Virus record (IMG/VR): IMGVR_UViG_3300020056_000025
Coordinates: 4,131 to 68,130 of that record
Direction: 5' to 3' (one strand)
DNA: 64,000 nt
From: a virus
In this document: piece by piece, positions 1-9,395 of the stretch
How positions within the stretch are numbered: position 1 is the stretch's first letter
Layout of the letters: each line of letters begins with the position of its first letter
The notes under the pieces: model-generated
The model's database searches: none
Told to the model about the DNA's origin: nothing
Seen by the model: the letters and a program-made list of their open reading frames with translations, nothing else
Translations under genes and position numbers: made by a program

Positions 1-108
1 TCAAGAATAATGAACGAAGTCTTAGACTCTGGTAAAACTATTAAAAATAGAATATTATGTAGAAAAATAAAAAGAAAAATAAGAATAGAAAGGATAGAAT
101 CTTTATGA
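1..108 (+). CDS. 3' end of an upstream gene (partial, hypothetical protein)
   Basis: Frame 1 is open from base 1 to TGA at 106-108 (SRIMNEVLDSGK...RIESL*) and overlaps the next ATG as ATGA. Confidence 0.55.
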   Translation, partial: SRIMNEVLDSGKTIKNRILCRKIKRKIRIERIESL

Positions 109-908
109 GAACCCCACAAGAACAGTTTATTGATAGTGTTAATAAGTTTAACTTAGATAATAAGTATAATTTTTCCGATAAGATTTTATGGGAAGATGAA
201 GCTGATTGTTTAATGTATAACGCTGAGGAGGAAAAGAAATACATTAATTTTGCCGTATGGGACAATTCTCTAGTAGACTTACGTGACGACGTTTGCGTTT
301 TTCAGTGCAGTGTTGTAAAATCACTTCGAAAAAAAAATCAATTTTCTTTACCTTATTCTTTTGAAAGATTTAATAAAAAATTTAAGACAATAAAAGATAA
401 AGAAAAACCATCTGTTGGATTTTGTGGCAACTATATAGCGCACCCTCATAGAAAAGAAGCTTTGTTTTCTCTTAAGTTAGACAAAAGATTGAATACAAAT
501 TTTATCTGGAGGCTAATGTTTAATGGTGAGTTCTCAAAGGATGATAGGGAGCTAAACAGAGAAGAGTATACAGAAAATATGCAAGAAAACGCATTTATTT
601 TTTGCGCTAGGGGTTCTGGAAATTTTTCTATTAGATTTTTTGAAACATTATCATGCGGAAGAATACCAGCTCTTCTTGATACAGATTGTTTACTCCCTTT
701 TGATGATGTTATAGACTATAGTGAATTTTCTGTTATTTCAGATACTCCAGAAGATCTTGCTAATCAGATACTTTCTAAATTCAACGACGGCTCATACGTT
801 GAGATGCAACAAAAGGCTTATGATATATATCAAAATTATTTCCATTTGGATATTGTTGGAAAAAGAATAGTAGAATATCTAGATAGAAACTATGAAAAGA
901 AATTATAA
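105..908 (+). CDS. Exostosin (GT47)-like glycosyltransferase
   Basis: 267-aa ORF. The C-terminal signature VGFCG...R...YTENMQENAFIFCARGSGNFSIRFFETLSCGRIPALL...LPFDDVIDY matches the exostosin pattern F.l.p.G....s.Rf.Eal..G.IP. Confidence 0.75.
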   Translation: MRTPQEQFIDSVNKFNLDNKYNFSDKILWEDEADCLMYNAEEEKKYINFAVWDNSLVDLRDDVCVFQCSVVKSLRKKNQFSLPYSFERFNKKFKTIKDKEKPSVGFCGNYIAHPHRKEALFSLKLDKRLNTNFIWRLMFNGEFSKDDRELNREEYTENMQENAFIFCARGSGNFSIRFFETLSCGRIPALLDTDCLLPFDDVIDYSEFSVISDTPEDLANQILSKFNDGSYVEMQQKAYDIYQNYFHLDIVGKRIVEYLDRNYEKKL

Positions 909-1155
909 CGATCCAGACTACAAAAAATTTAGGATGTCTGTACTTAACAGAGATAGGTTTAAGTGTCAGATGCCTAATTGTAAAAGCAGAAAAGATCTTC
1001 ATGTACACCACATACAAACTTGGTCAACCGCCTCTGCTTTGAGATATGAACCATCAAATGGAATTACACTATGCCGCCATTGCCACAGGTCGATAACCGG
1101 AAAAGAACTCCACTACGAAAATTTATTTAGAGAGATTATAAATGGCAAAATATAA
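892..1155 (+). CDS. HNH endonuclease (small, packaging-associated type)
   Basis: VLNRDRFKCQMPNC...LHVHHI...NGITLCRHCH gives Cys pairs plus an HNH motif; it lies close upstream of the terminase. Confidence 0.88.
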   Translation: MKRNYNDPDYKKFRMSVLNRDRFKCQMPNCKSRKDLHVHHIQTWSTASALRYEPSNGITLCRHCHRSITGKELHYENLFREIINGKI

Positions 1156-1645
1156 ACAAGCTCCTGAGTTTACAGTTATAAAAGACACAAGGGAGCAGGA
1201 TGGATATTATTTTAGCAAATTTAATACCTGCGCGGGTATGATAGATCAGAAGCTTGATACTGGAGATTACTCGATACAGGGACTAGAGGACAAGATATGC
1301 GTAGAGAGAAAAGGTTGCGTTGAAGAGCTAGCTATAAACCTTGGTCAAAAGAAACACGCTTTCTTGAACGAAATAGGAAGAATGGAACCCTTCCCTCATA
1401 AGTACTTAGTTTTAGAATTTTCTCTTGAAGATTTAATCAAGTTCCCTAAAGATACAAGAATACCAGTAAAGAATAAAGCATCGCTTAAAATTACTGGTAA
1501 ATATATGTTAAAATGCTTAATAGAGTTTGAGTTATATAATGACGTACATGTACTCTTCTGTGGAGACAAATATACAGCATTCCTTGCTGTTAGCAGCATT
1601 TTCAAGCGGATTAACGAAATGTATACTATCGGGAGAAAAACATAA
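1142..1645 (+). CDS. ERCC4/XPF-family nuclease domain protein
   Basis: The motifs DTREQ, LDTGDYS and VERKG..EL are the ERCC4 signature (DxRE...GDY...ERK). Confidence 0.82.
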   Translation: MAKYKQAPEFTVIKDTREQDGYYFSKFNTCAGMIDQKLDTGDYSIQGLEDKICVERKGCVEELAINLGQKKHAFLNEIGRMEPFPHKYLVLEFSLEDLIKFPKDTRIPVKNKASLKITGKYMLKCLIEFELYNDVHVLFCGDKYTAFLAVSSIFKRINEMYTIGRKT

Positions 1646-1646
1646 G

Positions 1647-2291
1647 ATGAACAACAACGATAAAGACCTCCTTTATGATTTGCATAACTATGGCGCTAAT
1701 TTAGACACAAGAGAGATCTTTTTGCATAATTACTATACTTCTGGAGATGATGAAAATCCGGGAGTAGAGTACAAGATGTCAAACACTTTCTTAAAAAACT
1801 TAAGAGCTTTAGAAATAAAGTCAGAAAAGCCAATCACTATACACATGCAAAGCGTTGGCGGTGAATGGTCCGATGGCATGGCTATTTATGACGCTATTAC
1901 AATGTCTAAATGTCATATCACAATAGTTGCATATGGTCAGGCTGAGTCTATGAGTAGTATTATATTCCAAGCCGCTGACTTAAGATTAATAACACCAAAT
2001 ACATACTTCATGTCCCATTATGGAAGCAGTTCTGCTGGAGGCCATTATCTGAATGTACAGAACTGGATTAAATACGAAAAATACATATGTGATATTATGC
2101 TTAATATTTATTCGTCACAATGTGTAAATGGCAAGTATTTTTTAGAAAGATACGGTAAGGGCTGTGAAACTAAAGTTAAAAATTTCTTAAACACAAAATT
2201 AAAGTCTGGTGATTGGTACTTAAACGCAGAAGATGCGGTTTACTACGGATTTGCCGACAAGGTTATAAGTTCATGGCAAAATCTAAACTAA
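1647..2291 (+). CDS. clpP: ClpP-like serine protease (peptidase S14)
   Basis: Motifs MQSVGGEWSDGMAIYD, GQAESMSS (catalytic Ser), PNTYFMSH (His) and DWYLNAEDAVYYGFAD (Asp). Start moved to ATG 1647, which follows GGGAG at 1631 and the previous stop. Confidence 0.85.
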   Translation: MNNNDKDLLYDLHNYGANLDTREIFLHNYYTSGDDENPGVEYKMSNTFLKNLRALEIKSEKPITIHMQSVGGEWSDGMAIYDAITMSKCHITIVAYGQAESMSSIIFQAADLRLITPNTYFMSHYGSSSAGGHYLNVQNWIKYEKYICDIMLNIYSSQCVNGKYFLERYGKGCETKVKNFLNTKLKSGDWYLNAEDAVYYGFADKVISSWQNLN

Positions 2292-4252
2292 AAAGAATTG
2301 ATGAAGCTTGGCTTGGATTGGACGCGGTAGATTCTGATTTATTTAACCCAATGTCAATACTGAATGTGTCTGACGATGACTTTAATTTAAAGTTAGCTTG
2401 GCTAATGACTAGACCAGACTATCTTTCGTTTATAACTAGCGAAATACTTAATATACAACTGCTTCCTTCTCAGTCTTTATTTTTGAAAGAGATATGGAAT
2501 CGAAAGTTTCCAATGCTAATTGCTAGTCGAGGGTTTGGTAAATCCTTCATGCTTTCTCTCTACGCTGTACTTAGGGCGCTTATATTTCCTCGCAGAAAGG
2601 TTGTTGTCGTTGGTGCTGCATTTAGACAGTCTAAGGTCTTGTTTGAGTATATGGAAACTATATGGCGCAATTCCCCGATGCTTAGAGATGTATGTGATAG
2701 CGATAGTGGGCCAAGAAGAGATACAGACAGATGCACCCTCCGGTTAAATGATAGTACTGTCACTTGTTTACCTTTGGGTGACGGACAAAAAATTAGAGGA
2801 CAAAGAGCTAATGATATTATTGCTGATGAATTTGCTTCGATCCCAAGGGAAATATTTGAAAATGTTGTGGCTGGCTTTGCAGCTGTTAGTTCTGACCCTG
2901 TTGAGAATGTAAAAAGGCTAGCTGCTCAAAAAAAAGCAGATGAATTAGGAATTACTTTAGAGTTGGAGGAAAAAGAAGTAAAGAAAGATAATCAAATTGT
3001 ACTATCTGGCACTGCTTATTATGATTTTAATCATTTTGCTTCTTACTGGAAAAAGTGGAAGTCTATAATTAGAAGCCAAGGAGATAGAGCAAGACTAAGA
3101 GAAATCTTTGGAGAAGATCCACCTGAAAATTTTGATTGGAGCCAGTACTCTATTATTAGAATGCCTTACGAACTTTTACCAAAAGGGTTTATGGATTCGG
3201 ATCAAGTAGCCCGATCTAAAGCGACTGTTCACGCTGGGATATACCAAATGGAGTATGGAGCTTGTTTTACTAGAGATAGTCAAGGTTTTTTCAAGCGGTC
3301 TTTAATAGAATCTTGTGTAGCTAACCAGTCGGGAGATATAAAAGATAAACAAAATCAACCAATATCATTTGAAGCATCTTTAATTGGAGATAAAAATAAA
3401 AAATACATATTTGGAGTTGACCCAGCCTCTGAAGTAGATAATTTCAGCATAGTAATACTTGAGGTTTATCCAGAACACAGAAGAATTGTATATTGTTGGA
3501 CCACGACTCGTTCAGAACATAAAGAAAAAGTAAAAAGAGGATATGTCTCGGAAACAGACTTTTATGCATATTGCGCTAGAAAAATACGAGACCTTATGAA
3601 ACTTTTTCCATGCTTGCATATAGCTATGGACGCTCAGGGTGGGGGCGTGGCCGTAATGGAGTCTTTGCACGATAAAGATAAAATACAAGAAGGAGAAGTT
3701 GCTATATGGCCTACTATAGACGATGATAAACCAAAAGATACAGACGATGAAAGGGGATTGCATATCCTTGAGATGTGTCAATTTGCTAAATATGATTGGT
3801 TGGCTGAAGCTAATCATGGAATGAGAAAAGACTTTGAAGACAAGGCTTTACTATTTCCTTCATTTGACTCACTTACTCTTTCCATATCAGAACACGAAGA
3901 TAACACCAAAGGTAGAATGTTTGATACCATAGAGGAATGCGTTTTAGACATAGAGGAACTTAAAGATGAATTATCTATGATACAAATGTCGCAAACATCT
4001 GCTGGTCGCGACAGGTGGGATACGCCACAGGTTGTCGTCGGAACGGGAAAGAAAAGCAAAATGAGAAAAGATAGATATTCAGCTTTACTTATGGCTAATA
4101 TGGCCGCTAGAATTATACAAAGAACACCAGAGCAAGCGGCCTATGAATTTTATGGCGGCTTTGCGACTGGCGGTGGACACAAAGAACAAAAAAATGAAAA
4201 AATGTATAATGGTCCCAGTTGGTTCTCTGACAATATGAAAGATGTGTATTAA
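2273..4252 (+). CDS. terL: Terminase large subunit
   Basis: Walker A ASRGFGKS, Walker B IIADEF after IRGQRAN, coupling motif LSGTA, and RNase H-like nuclease motifs FGVDPA and DRYSA. Start moved to ATG 2273 (MAKSK). Confidence 0.93.
   Translation: MAKSKLKRIDEAWLGLDAVDSDLFNPMSILNVSDDDFNLKLAWLMTRPDYLSFITSEILNIQLLPSQSLFLKEIWNRKFPMLIASRGFGKSFMLSLYAVLRALIFPRRKVVVVGAAFRQSKVLFEYMETIWRNSPMLRDVCDSDSGPRRDTDRCTLRLNDSTVTCLPLGDGQKIRGQRANDIIADEFASIPREIFENVVAGFAAVSSDPVENVKRLAAQKKADELGITLELEEKEVKKDNQIVLSGTAYYDFNHFASYWKKWKSIIRSQGDRARLREIFGEDPPENFDWSQYSIIRMPYELLPKGFMDSDQVARSKATVHAGIYQMEYGACFTRDSQGFFKRSLIESCVANQSGDIKDKQNQPISFEASLIGDKNKKYIFGVDPASEVDNFSIVILEVYPEHRRIVYCWTTTRSEHKEKVKRGYVSETDFYAYCARKIRDLMKLFPCLHIAMDAQGGGVAVMESLHDKDKIQEGEVAIWPTIDDDKPKDTDDERGLHILEMCQFAKYDWLAEANHGMRKDFEDKALLFPSFDSLTLSISEHEDNTKGRMFDTIEECVLDIEELKDELSMIQMSQTSAGRDRWDTPQVVVGTGKKSKMRKDRYSALLMANMAARIIQRTPEQAAYEFYGGFATGGGHKEQKNEKMYNGPSWFSDNMKDVY
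4243..4252 (+). promoter_or_regulatory. Putative late promoter motif copy (TGTGTATTAA)
   Basis: Variant of the recurrent motif, 50 nt before the portal ATG and overlapping the terL stop. Confidence 0.5.
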
Positions 4253-4292
4253 TTAGTACATTCCAATTATCAATCCAATTGAGGTAATTTCA

Positions 4293-6284
4293 ATGAGCAA
4301 AGAAGAAATGTTTACATGGTCTGACGGTGATGCTTCAAGTAAAGCTAGAGCCTTTGAGAATGCTGCTGAGAATGTACATTCTTATACTGGTCTTTCTAAA
4401 AGTCAAGGGAGTCATTATAGACATTTTATTGACATTGAACCAAATAGGTCCGTTAGGCCCGGATTTACCTCTCAGGATTATTATGCATTCAGGCCAGACG
4501 AGGCTGTTCCAACACAACAAAGAAGAATTATTAGAATGTGTATGGACGCTTACGATAAAGTTGGAATAATTAGAAATATTATTGATTTAATGGGAGATTT
4601 TGGAAGTCAAGGCATTCAAATTGTTCATAGAGATAAAAGCGTTGAGAAATTTTACCAACAATGGTTTAGAAGCATTAATGGTAAGGAAAGATCTGAAAGA
4701 TTTCTTAACAATCTATATAAAACCGGAAATGTAATACTTTATAGAAGCTACGCTAAAGTTACCCCTCAACTCAATAACTACATGAAGGCTCTTTCTAGCG
4801 ATATAAAAGTTGAAGTTCCTAACATGGTTCAAAACGAAATACCTTGGAGATACAATTTCTTTAACCCGCTTACTGTAAAAAACAAAGATGGAAATCTGTC
4901 TTTATTTATGGGTTTAAAAAATTATACGATTAGCACTAATTCTTTTTTTGATAAATTCACCAGCGGTGATATTCCAAACCATGTATTAGATAGCCTTCCT
5001 CCAAAAGTAAAACAAGGCATATTAAGAGGAGAAAAAGATATACCCCTAGATCCCTCCCGAGTAAGTATATTTCATTACAAAAAAGACGACTGGAGGCAAT
5101 GGGCCAATCCAATGATTTATGCAATCCTTGACGATATTGTGATGCTAGAAAAAATGAGACTAGCAGACATGTCGGCTCTGGATGGTGCTATATCCAATAT
5201 TAGATTATGGACCCTTGGAAATCTTGATCATAAAATTTTACCAAATAAAACAGCAATAAATAAATTAAGAGATATATTGTCTAGTAATGTTGGTGGCGGC
5301 ACTATGGAGTTAGTTTGGGGACCAGAGCTTTCATTCCAAGAATCAAATAGTGAAGTTTATAAATTCTTAGGATCAGAAAAATATACAGCCGTTCTTAATA
5401 GTATTTATGCTGGTTTAGGCGTTCCACCCACTCTTACTGGAATGGCTAACAATGGTGGTGGATTTACAAACAATTTCATTTCTCTTAAAACCTTGGTAGA
5501 AAGATTACAGTATGGTCGTGACCAACTTGTTAGATTTTGGGAGAAAGAACTTGAGATAGTTAGAAAAGCTATGGGTTTTAGGTATAAGGCTCATATTCAG
5601 TTCGACAGAACTTCTTTGTCAGACGAATCTGCTGAGAAAAACCTGTTAATACAATTAGCTGATAGGGATATCATTAGTCATGAGACTTTGTTGGAAAGAT
5701 TTAAAGAAATACCACAAATTGAAAATATAAGAATGAAAAGAGAGCTTTCTAAGCGTGACGTTTCTGGCCCTCAAAAAGCTGGTCCCTTTCATCCTCCTCC
5801 AGCCCCATTCGATGGTAAAGACCAAAAACCAAACGAAGAAACTGAAGTAGCACCTCCTGAATCTGATTTAGATAATGGAAGACCGTTATTTAAAAAGGAT
5901 GATGGCCCAAGAAAACAAAGAGTTGAAAAACCAAAATCAAAGCCGGGATTGGCCAACATAATTGTCAAAGCAGAAAAAACTTGGTCTCACATTTCCGAAA
6001 CCATTAACAATGCCTATCTTAATTCATTAAATAAGAAAAATTTACGTCAATTAAACAAGTCTCAATTTAGAGATTTAGAGCAAATTAAGCTAGACGTGTT
6101 TACAAATATTGATATTAATCAAGATATTTCAGATGAAATTATATGCTCTATTTTAAAAAATAAAACTAAAGCTTCCACGGCTTTTATGAACCATTTAAGT
6201 TCTGAAAAAATAAGCTTAGATGAAATGGGCGTTGACGAATACAGAAGACATGTTATTGGTGTATATGTTGAATATTTATGTTAA
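4293..6284 (+). CDS. Portal protein
   Basis: 663 aa, between terminase and protease, with RBS GAGGT. It is mainly helical with portal-like segments (IIRNIIDLMGDF, IYAGLGVPPTL) and a Pro/charged low-complexity C-terminal extension. Confidence 0.85.
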   Translation: MSKEEMFTWSDGDASSKARAFENAAENVHSYTGLSKSQGSHYRHFIDIEPNRSVRPGFTSQDYYAFRPDEAVPTQQRRIIRMCMDAYDKVGIIRNIIDLMGDFGSQGIQIVHRDKSVEKFYQQWFRSINGKERSERFLNNLYKTGNVILYRSYAKVTPQLNNYMKALSSDIKVEVPNMVQNEIPWRYNFFNPLTVKNKDGNLSLFMGLKNYTISTNSFFDKFTSGDIPNHVLDSLPPKVKQGILRGEKDIPLDPSRVSIFHYKKDDWRQWANPMIYAILDDIVMLEKMRLADMSALDGAISNIRLWTLGNLDHKILPNKTAINKLRDILSSNVGGGTMELVWGPELSFQESNSEVYKFLGSEKYTAVLNSIYAGLGVPPTLTGMANNGGGFTNNFISLKTLVERLQYGRDQLVRFWEKELEIVRKAMGFRYKAHIQFDRTSLSDESAEKNLLIQLADRDIISHETLLERFKEIPQIENIRMKRELSKRDVSGPQKAGPFHPPPAPFDGKDQKPNEETEVAPPESDLDNGRPLFKKDDGPRKQRVEKPKSKPGLANIIVKAEKTWSHISETINNAYLNSLNKKNLRQLNKSQFRDLEQIKLDVFTNIDINQDISDEIICSILKNKTKASTAFMNHLSSEKISLDEMGVDEYRRHVIGVYVEYLC

Positions 6285-6303
6285 ATCTGTTTTTTCTCTT
6301 TTT

Positions 6304-6313
6304 TGTGTATAAT
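6304..6313 (+). promoter_or_regulatory. Putative late promoter motif copy (TGTGTATAAT)
   Basis: Intergenic, T-rich upstream, 27 nt before ATG 6331 and its GAGG RBS. Confidence 0.65.
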
Positions 6314-6330
6314 CCTTGAGAGAGGCATAA

Positions 6331-7824
6331 ATGAAAATATATAAAAAAGAAATAGAAGATGGCGTTTCGGAGCTTGTAAAAACAAGCGCCAGTGTTGCTT
6401 ATTGTACGCCCGCCACTTTGCTTTTAAAAAATCAAGAACTTAACGATGAACCTTTAGTAAAAAGTTCTAGAGTTGCAGTTGACAAAATTAAAGCTGAAAA
6501 CGCCAACCCCGAACAAATTGACTTGTATTATATCAAGTCTGTGCTTGTGTCTACTGGGTGGAATAAAAACGACGACGTTTTTACATCGCAGGCTACTTGG
6601 TCTGCTAGAAAAAGTCCAGAAGATAAGCAATTTAATCTTATGCACGATGAGAATAATATTATCGGGCATATTACTGGCAGCTACGTCGTTGATCGAAACG
6701 GTCAAGCTGTTGCTGATGATACTCAGCCAGATGATTTTGATATTATCACCGAGGCTGTGTTGTATAATAGCTGGACAAAGCCAGAAAATAGAGAAAGGAT
6801 GAATCAAATTATTTCTGAAATCGAAGACGGAAAATGGTTTGTTTCTATGGAATGTCTTTTTGCTGGCTTTGACTATGCACTTATAGATGATAATGGCGAT
6901 TCTAAATTATTGGAGCGGAATGAAAGTTCAGCTTTTTTAACAAAACATTTACGAGCTTACGGTGGTAATGGAGAATACGAAGGCTATAAAGTTGGTAGAT
7001 CATTAAGAGATATTTCTTTTTCTGGTAAGGGTCTTGTATCTAAACCAGCAAATCCAAGAAGTATTATTCTTGATTCTAGCAGAGCTTTCTCTCTAAATTC
7101 TAACTCAAATATTTTAACCAGTTTTCCTAAAGGAGAAAATGATATGTCAGATACAAATCTTTTAGAGAAGCAGCTTGCAGAATTACAGAGTGAGCTAGCC
7201 TCTGCTAGAGAAGAAAACGCAGAACTTCGAAGAGAAATCGAAGAAGCTTCTGCAAAAGAGCAAGGTGAAGCTGTCGCCAAGCTTGAAGAAACATTGGCAG
7301 CTAAAGATGACTCGATTAAAGCTTTAGAAGCTACAGTCGCTGAAAAAGAATCATTCATCACTGAACTTCAGGAAACCCTTGCTAAAGACAAGGAAGAAAT
7401 GAAGGAAAAGATGGAAGAACTCAATAAGATGAAGAAGGAAAAGATGGCTATGAAGAGAAAAGCTGCCCTTCTTGATCTAGGCTTAGAAGATGAAGAAGCT
7501 GAAGAGTCAGTTGCTTCTTACGATTCATTTGACGACGAAACTTTCGAGGCTATTATAGCAGCGATGACGAAAATGAACGAAAAGAAAAAGGCAGCAGTAA
7601 AAGACGAAGAAGAAGACAAGGAAAAGGCCGCTATGCCTAAGAAAAACGTGGCTGAAGAAGTTGAAGCTGAAGAAGCTGAAGCTGAAATTGCCGCAGAAGA
7701 AGCTCTAGAAGAGGTGGAGACAACTGAAGCCACCCTTGTTGACGCTTCCGAAGAATCAGAAGAATTAGAAGCTACCAGAGCGAGTGTCGCAGAGTGGCTT
7801 GAAAATAATGTACTCAGCAAATAA
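6331..7824 (+). CDS. Prohead maturation serine protease fused to a C-terminal coiled-coil scaffold
   Basis: N-half has NKNDDVF, FNLMHD..IIGH (His), WFVSMEC (Ser) and FSGKGLVSKPANP, as in HK97-type prohead proteases. C-half is an E/K/A-rich coiled coil. Confidence 0.82.
   Translation: MKIYKKEIEDGVSELVKTSASVAYCTPATLLLKNQELNDEPLVKSSRVAVDKIKAENANPEQIDLYYIKSVLVSTGWNKNDDVFTSQATWSARKSPEDKQFNLMHDENNIIGHITGSYVVDRNGQAVADDTQPDDFDIITEAVLYNSWTKPENRERMNQIISEIEDGKWFVSMECLFAGFDYALIDDNGDSKLLERNESSAFLTKHLRAYGGNGEYEGYKVGRSLRDISFSGKGLVSKPANPRSIILDSSRAFSLNSNSNILTSFPKGENDMSDTNLLEKQLAELQSELASAREENAELRREIEEASAKEQGEAVAKLEETLAAKDDSIKALEATVAEKESFITELQETLAKDKEEMKEKMEELNKMKKEKMAMKRKAALLDLGLEDEEAEESVASYDSFDDETFEAIIAAMTKMNEKKKAAVKDEEEDKEKAAMPKKNVAEEVEAEEAEAEIAAEEALEEVETTEATLVDASEESEELEATRASVAEWLENNVLSK
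7144..7824 (+). CDS. Nested in-frame scaffolding protein (226 aa)
   Basis: AAAGGAGAAAATGATATG at 7129-7146 gives a strong SD and an in-frame ATG exactly where the coiled coil begins. The context is nearly identical to the RBS of the decoration and capsid genes. Confidence 0.7.
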   Translation: MSDTNLLEKQLAELQSELASAREENAELRREIEEASAKEQGEAVAKLEETLAAKDDSIKALEATVAEKESFITELQETLAKDKEEMKEKMEELNKMKKEKMAMKRKAALLDLGLEDEEAEESVASYDSFDDETFEAIIAAMTKMNEKKKAAVKDEEEDKEKAAMPKKNVAEEVEAEEAEAEIAAEEALEEVETTEATLVDASEESEELEATRASVAEWLENNVLSK

Positions 7825-7842
7825 TTAAAGGAGAAATTAATT

Positions 7843-8295
7843 ATGGCTCTAAAATCAGATAGAAATGAATTACAGACCGACATTAGCTTTTTCTATAACG
7901 CAGCTGCAACAACCAGAGGTTGTTTAGTTGCTCATGGTGCTACTGCCGGTACTGGTGCAACTATGGATGATGGCGCAAATCTTTGCGTTAAGTCAACCAG
8001 CGCAGCACCTCTAGGCATCCTCCTTAATGATGTCGTAGATAAAGATCTTACTCGTACTCATTTGAATCAACACAAAGATGAAGTACAAAAGGGTGGCAAG
8101 GTTACTATCCTCCGTAAAGGATATGTGGTAACTAATAATATCACCAATACCTCAGACGTAGCGGCTGGCGAAACAGCTTATCGTTGTGATGATGTTGCTG
8201 GCAACGTTGCCTCGTCAGGCACTGTTGCTGTAGGTAGCTTCCTTTCTGGGGTTGATGCTGATGGTTACGCAAAAGTCGAAGTCAACCTTCCCTGA
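7843..8295 (+). CDS. Capsid decoration/cement protein
   Basis: 150 aa, small and beta-rich, between scaffold and capsid genes, with strong RBS AAAGGAG. Motifs PLGILLNDV, GGKVTILRKG and DGYAKVEVNLP. Confidence 0.7.
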   Translation: MALKSDRNELQTDISFFYNAAATTRGCLVAHGATAGTGATMDDGANLCVKSTSAAPLGILLNDVVDKDLTRTHLNQHKDEVQKGGKVTILRKGYVVTNNITNTSDVAAGETAYRCDDVAGNVASSGTVAVGSFLSGVDADGYAKVEVNLP

Positions 8296-8329
8296 ACTTA
8301 ATATATACAAAATAAAGGAGAAAATTAAT

Positions 8330-9337
8330 ATGCCTACAAATGAAAGACCTAGTGATGAATTTATCGCTCTCCTACGTAAGTCAGGTGATAGCGATGTCAA
8401 CGTAGCTCAAGCTGCACAGCGAGAATTCGCAAAAGCCCTTGAGTTACCACTTCGCAAGGGTGTTCTCGTTGGGAACATTCTTGGTAATATTTTTGAAACC
8501 ATCAATGTAGAAGCTGGTTCTACAACTGAATTTCCTTTGGATCTTATCAGTCCCGGCCTTGAGGGTGAGCATGTTGCTTACACCAATCCCGGTCATGGTA
8601 GAATTCCAGAGCGTTCGGTTGAAGGCGATTACGTCATGATTCCAACTTACAGTATTGCATCTTCGGTTGACTATCTCCTTCGCTACGCCCGAGAGGCGCG
8701 TTGGGATATTGTTGGTCGCGCCATGCAAGTCATGGAAGCTGGTTTCGTAAAGAAGATGAACGACGACGGCTGGCATACAATTCTTGCAGCTGGCGTTGAT
8801 CGTAATATTCTTGTTTATGACGGCGATGCAACAGCTGGCTTGTTTAGCAAGAGGCTCGTTTCTCTTATGCAGACAGTTATGCGTCGTAATTCTGGTGGCA
8901 ATAGCGCATCTGTTGGTCGTGGTCGGCTAACCGATCTTTATGTTTCGCCAGAAGCTTTAGAAGATGTTCGCAATTGGGGACTTGATCAAGTTGATGAAGT
9001 GACCCGTCGTGAGATTTACACTGCTGCTGAAGGTGGCGCTCCAATTACGCGTATCTTTGGTGTCAATCTTCACGATCTTGACGAACTTGGAGAAGGTCAA
9101 GAATATCAGAGCTTCTTTACTACTGACCTTTCTGGCAACGTTCAGGGTGATGACACTGAGCTTGTTGTCGGATTAGACCAGTCAAGTAACGATAGCTTTG
9201 TGATGCCCGTTAAGGAGCAGTTACAGGTCTTTGAAGACCCAACTCTCCACAGACAGCAGAGAGCTGGTTATTACGGCTTTGCAGAGCTTGGTTTTGGTGT
9301 TCTAGACAACCGTAGAGTTATCTTGGGATCATTCTAA
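8330..9337 (+). CDS. Major capsid protein (HK97 fold presumed)
   Basis: 335 aa from ATG 8330 after AAAGGAG. Position, size, a following terminator, and capsid-like segments (LYVSPEALEDVRNW, RIFGVNL, GYYGFAELGFGVLD) support the call. Confidence 0.87.
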   Translation: MPTNERPSDEFIALLRKSGDSDVNVAQAAQREFAKALELPLRKGVLVGNILGNIFETINVEAGSTTEFPLDLISPGLEGEHVAYTNPGHGRIPERSVEGDYVMIPTYSIASSVDYLLRYAREARWDIVGRAMQVMEAGFVKKMNDDGWHTILAAGVDRNILVYDGDATAGLFSKRLVSLMQTVMRRNSGGNSASVGRGRLTDLYVSPEALEDVRNWGLDQVDEVTRREIYTAAEGGAPITRIFGVNLHDLDELGEGQEYQSFFTTDLSGNVQGDDTELVVGLDQSSNDSFVMPVKEQLQVFEDPTLHRQQRAGYYGFAELGFGVLDNRRVILGSF

Positions 9338-9361
9338 GGATAATATCTTAGATATTAATTT

Positions 9362-9395
9362 AAGCCACCCTCATTGACTTGGGGGTGGCTTTTTT
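9362..9395 (+). terminator. Rho-independent terminator after the capsid gene
   Basis: Stem AAGCCACCC...GGGTGGCTT running into a T run. Confidence 0.85.

Noticed and set aside
2273-4252. Intein or intron in the terminase
   Set aside because: The ORF is continuous and of normal size, with no C/S...HN splice motifs or LAGLIDADG; there is only a short charged insertion.
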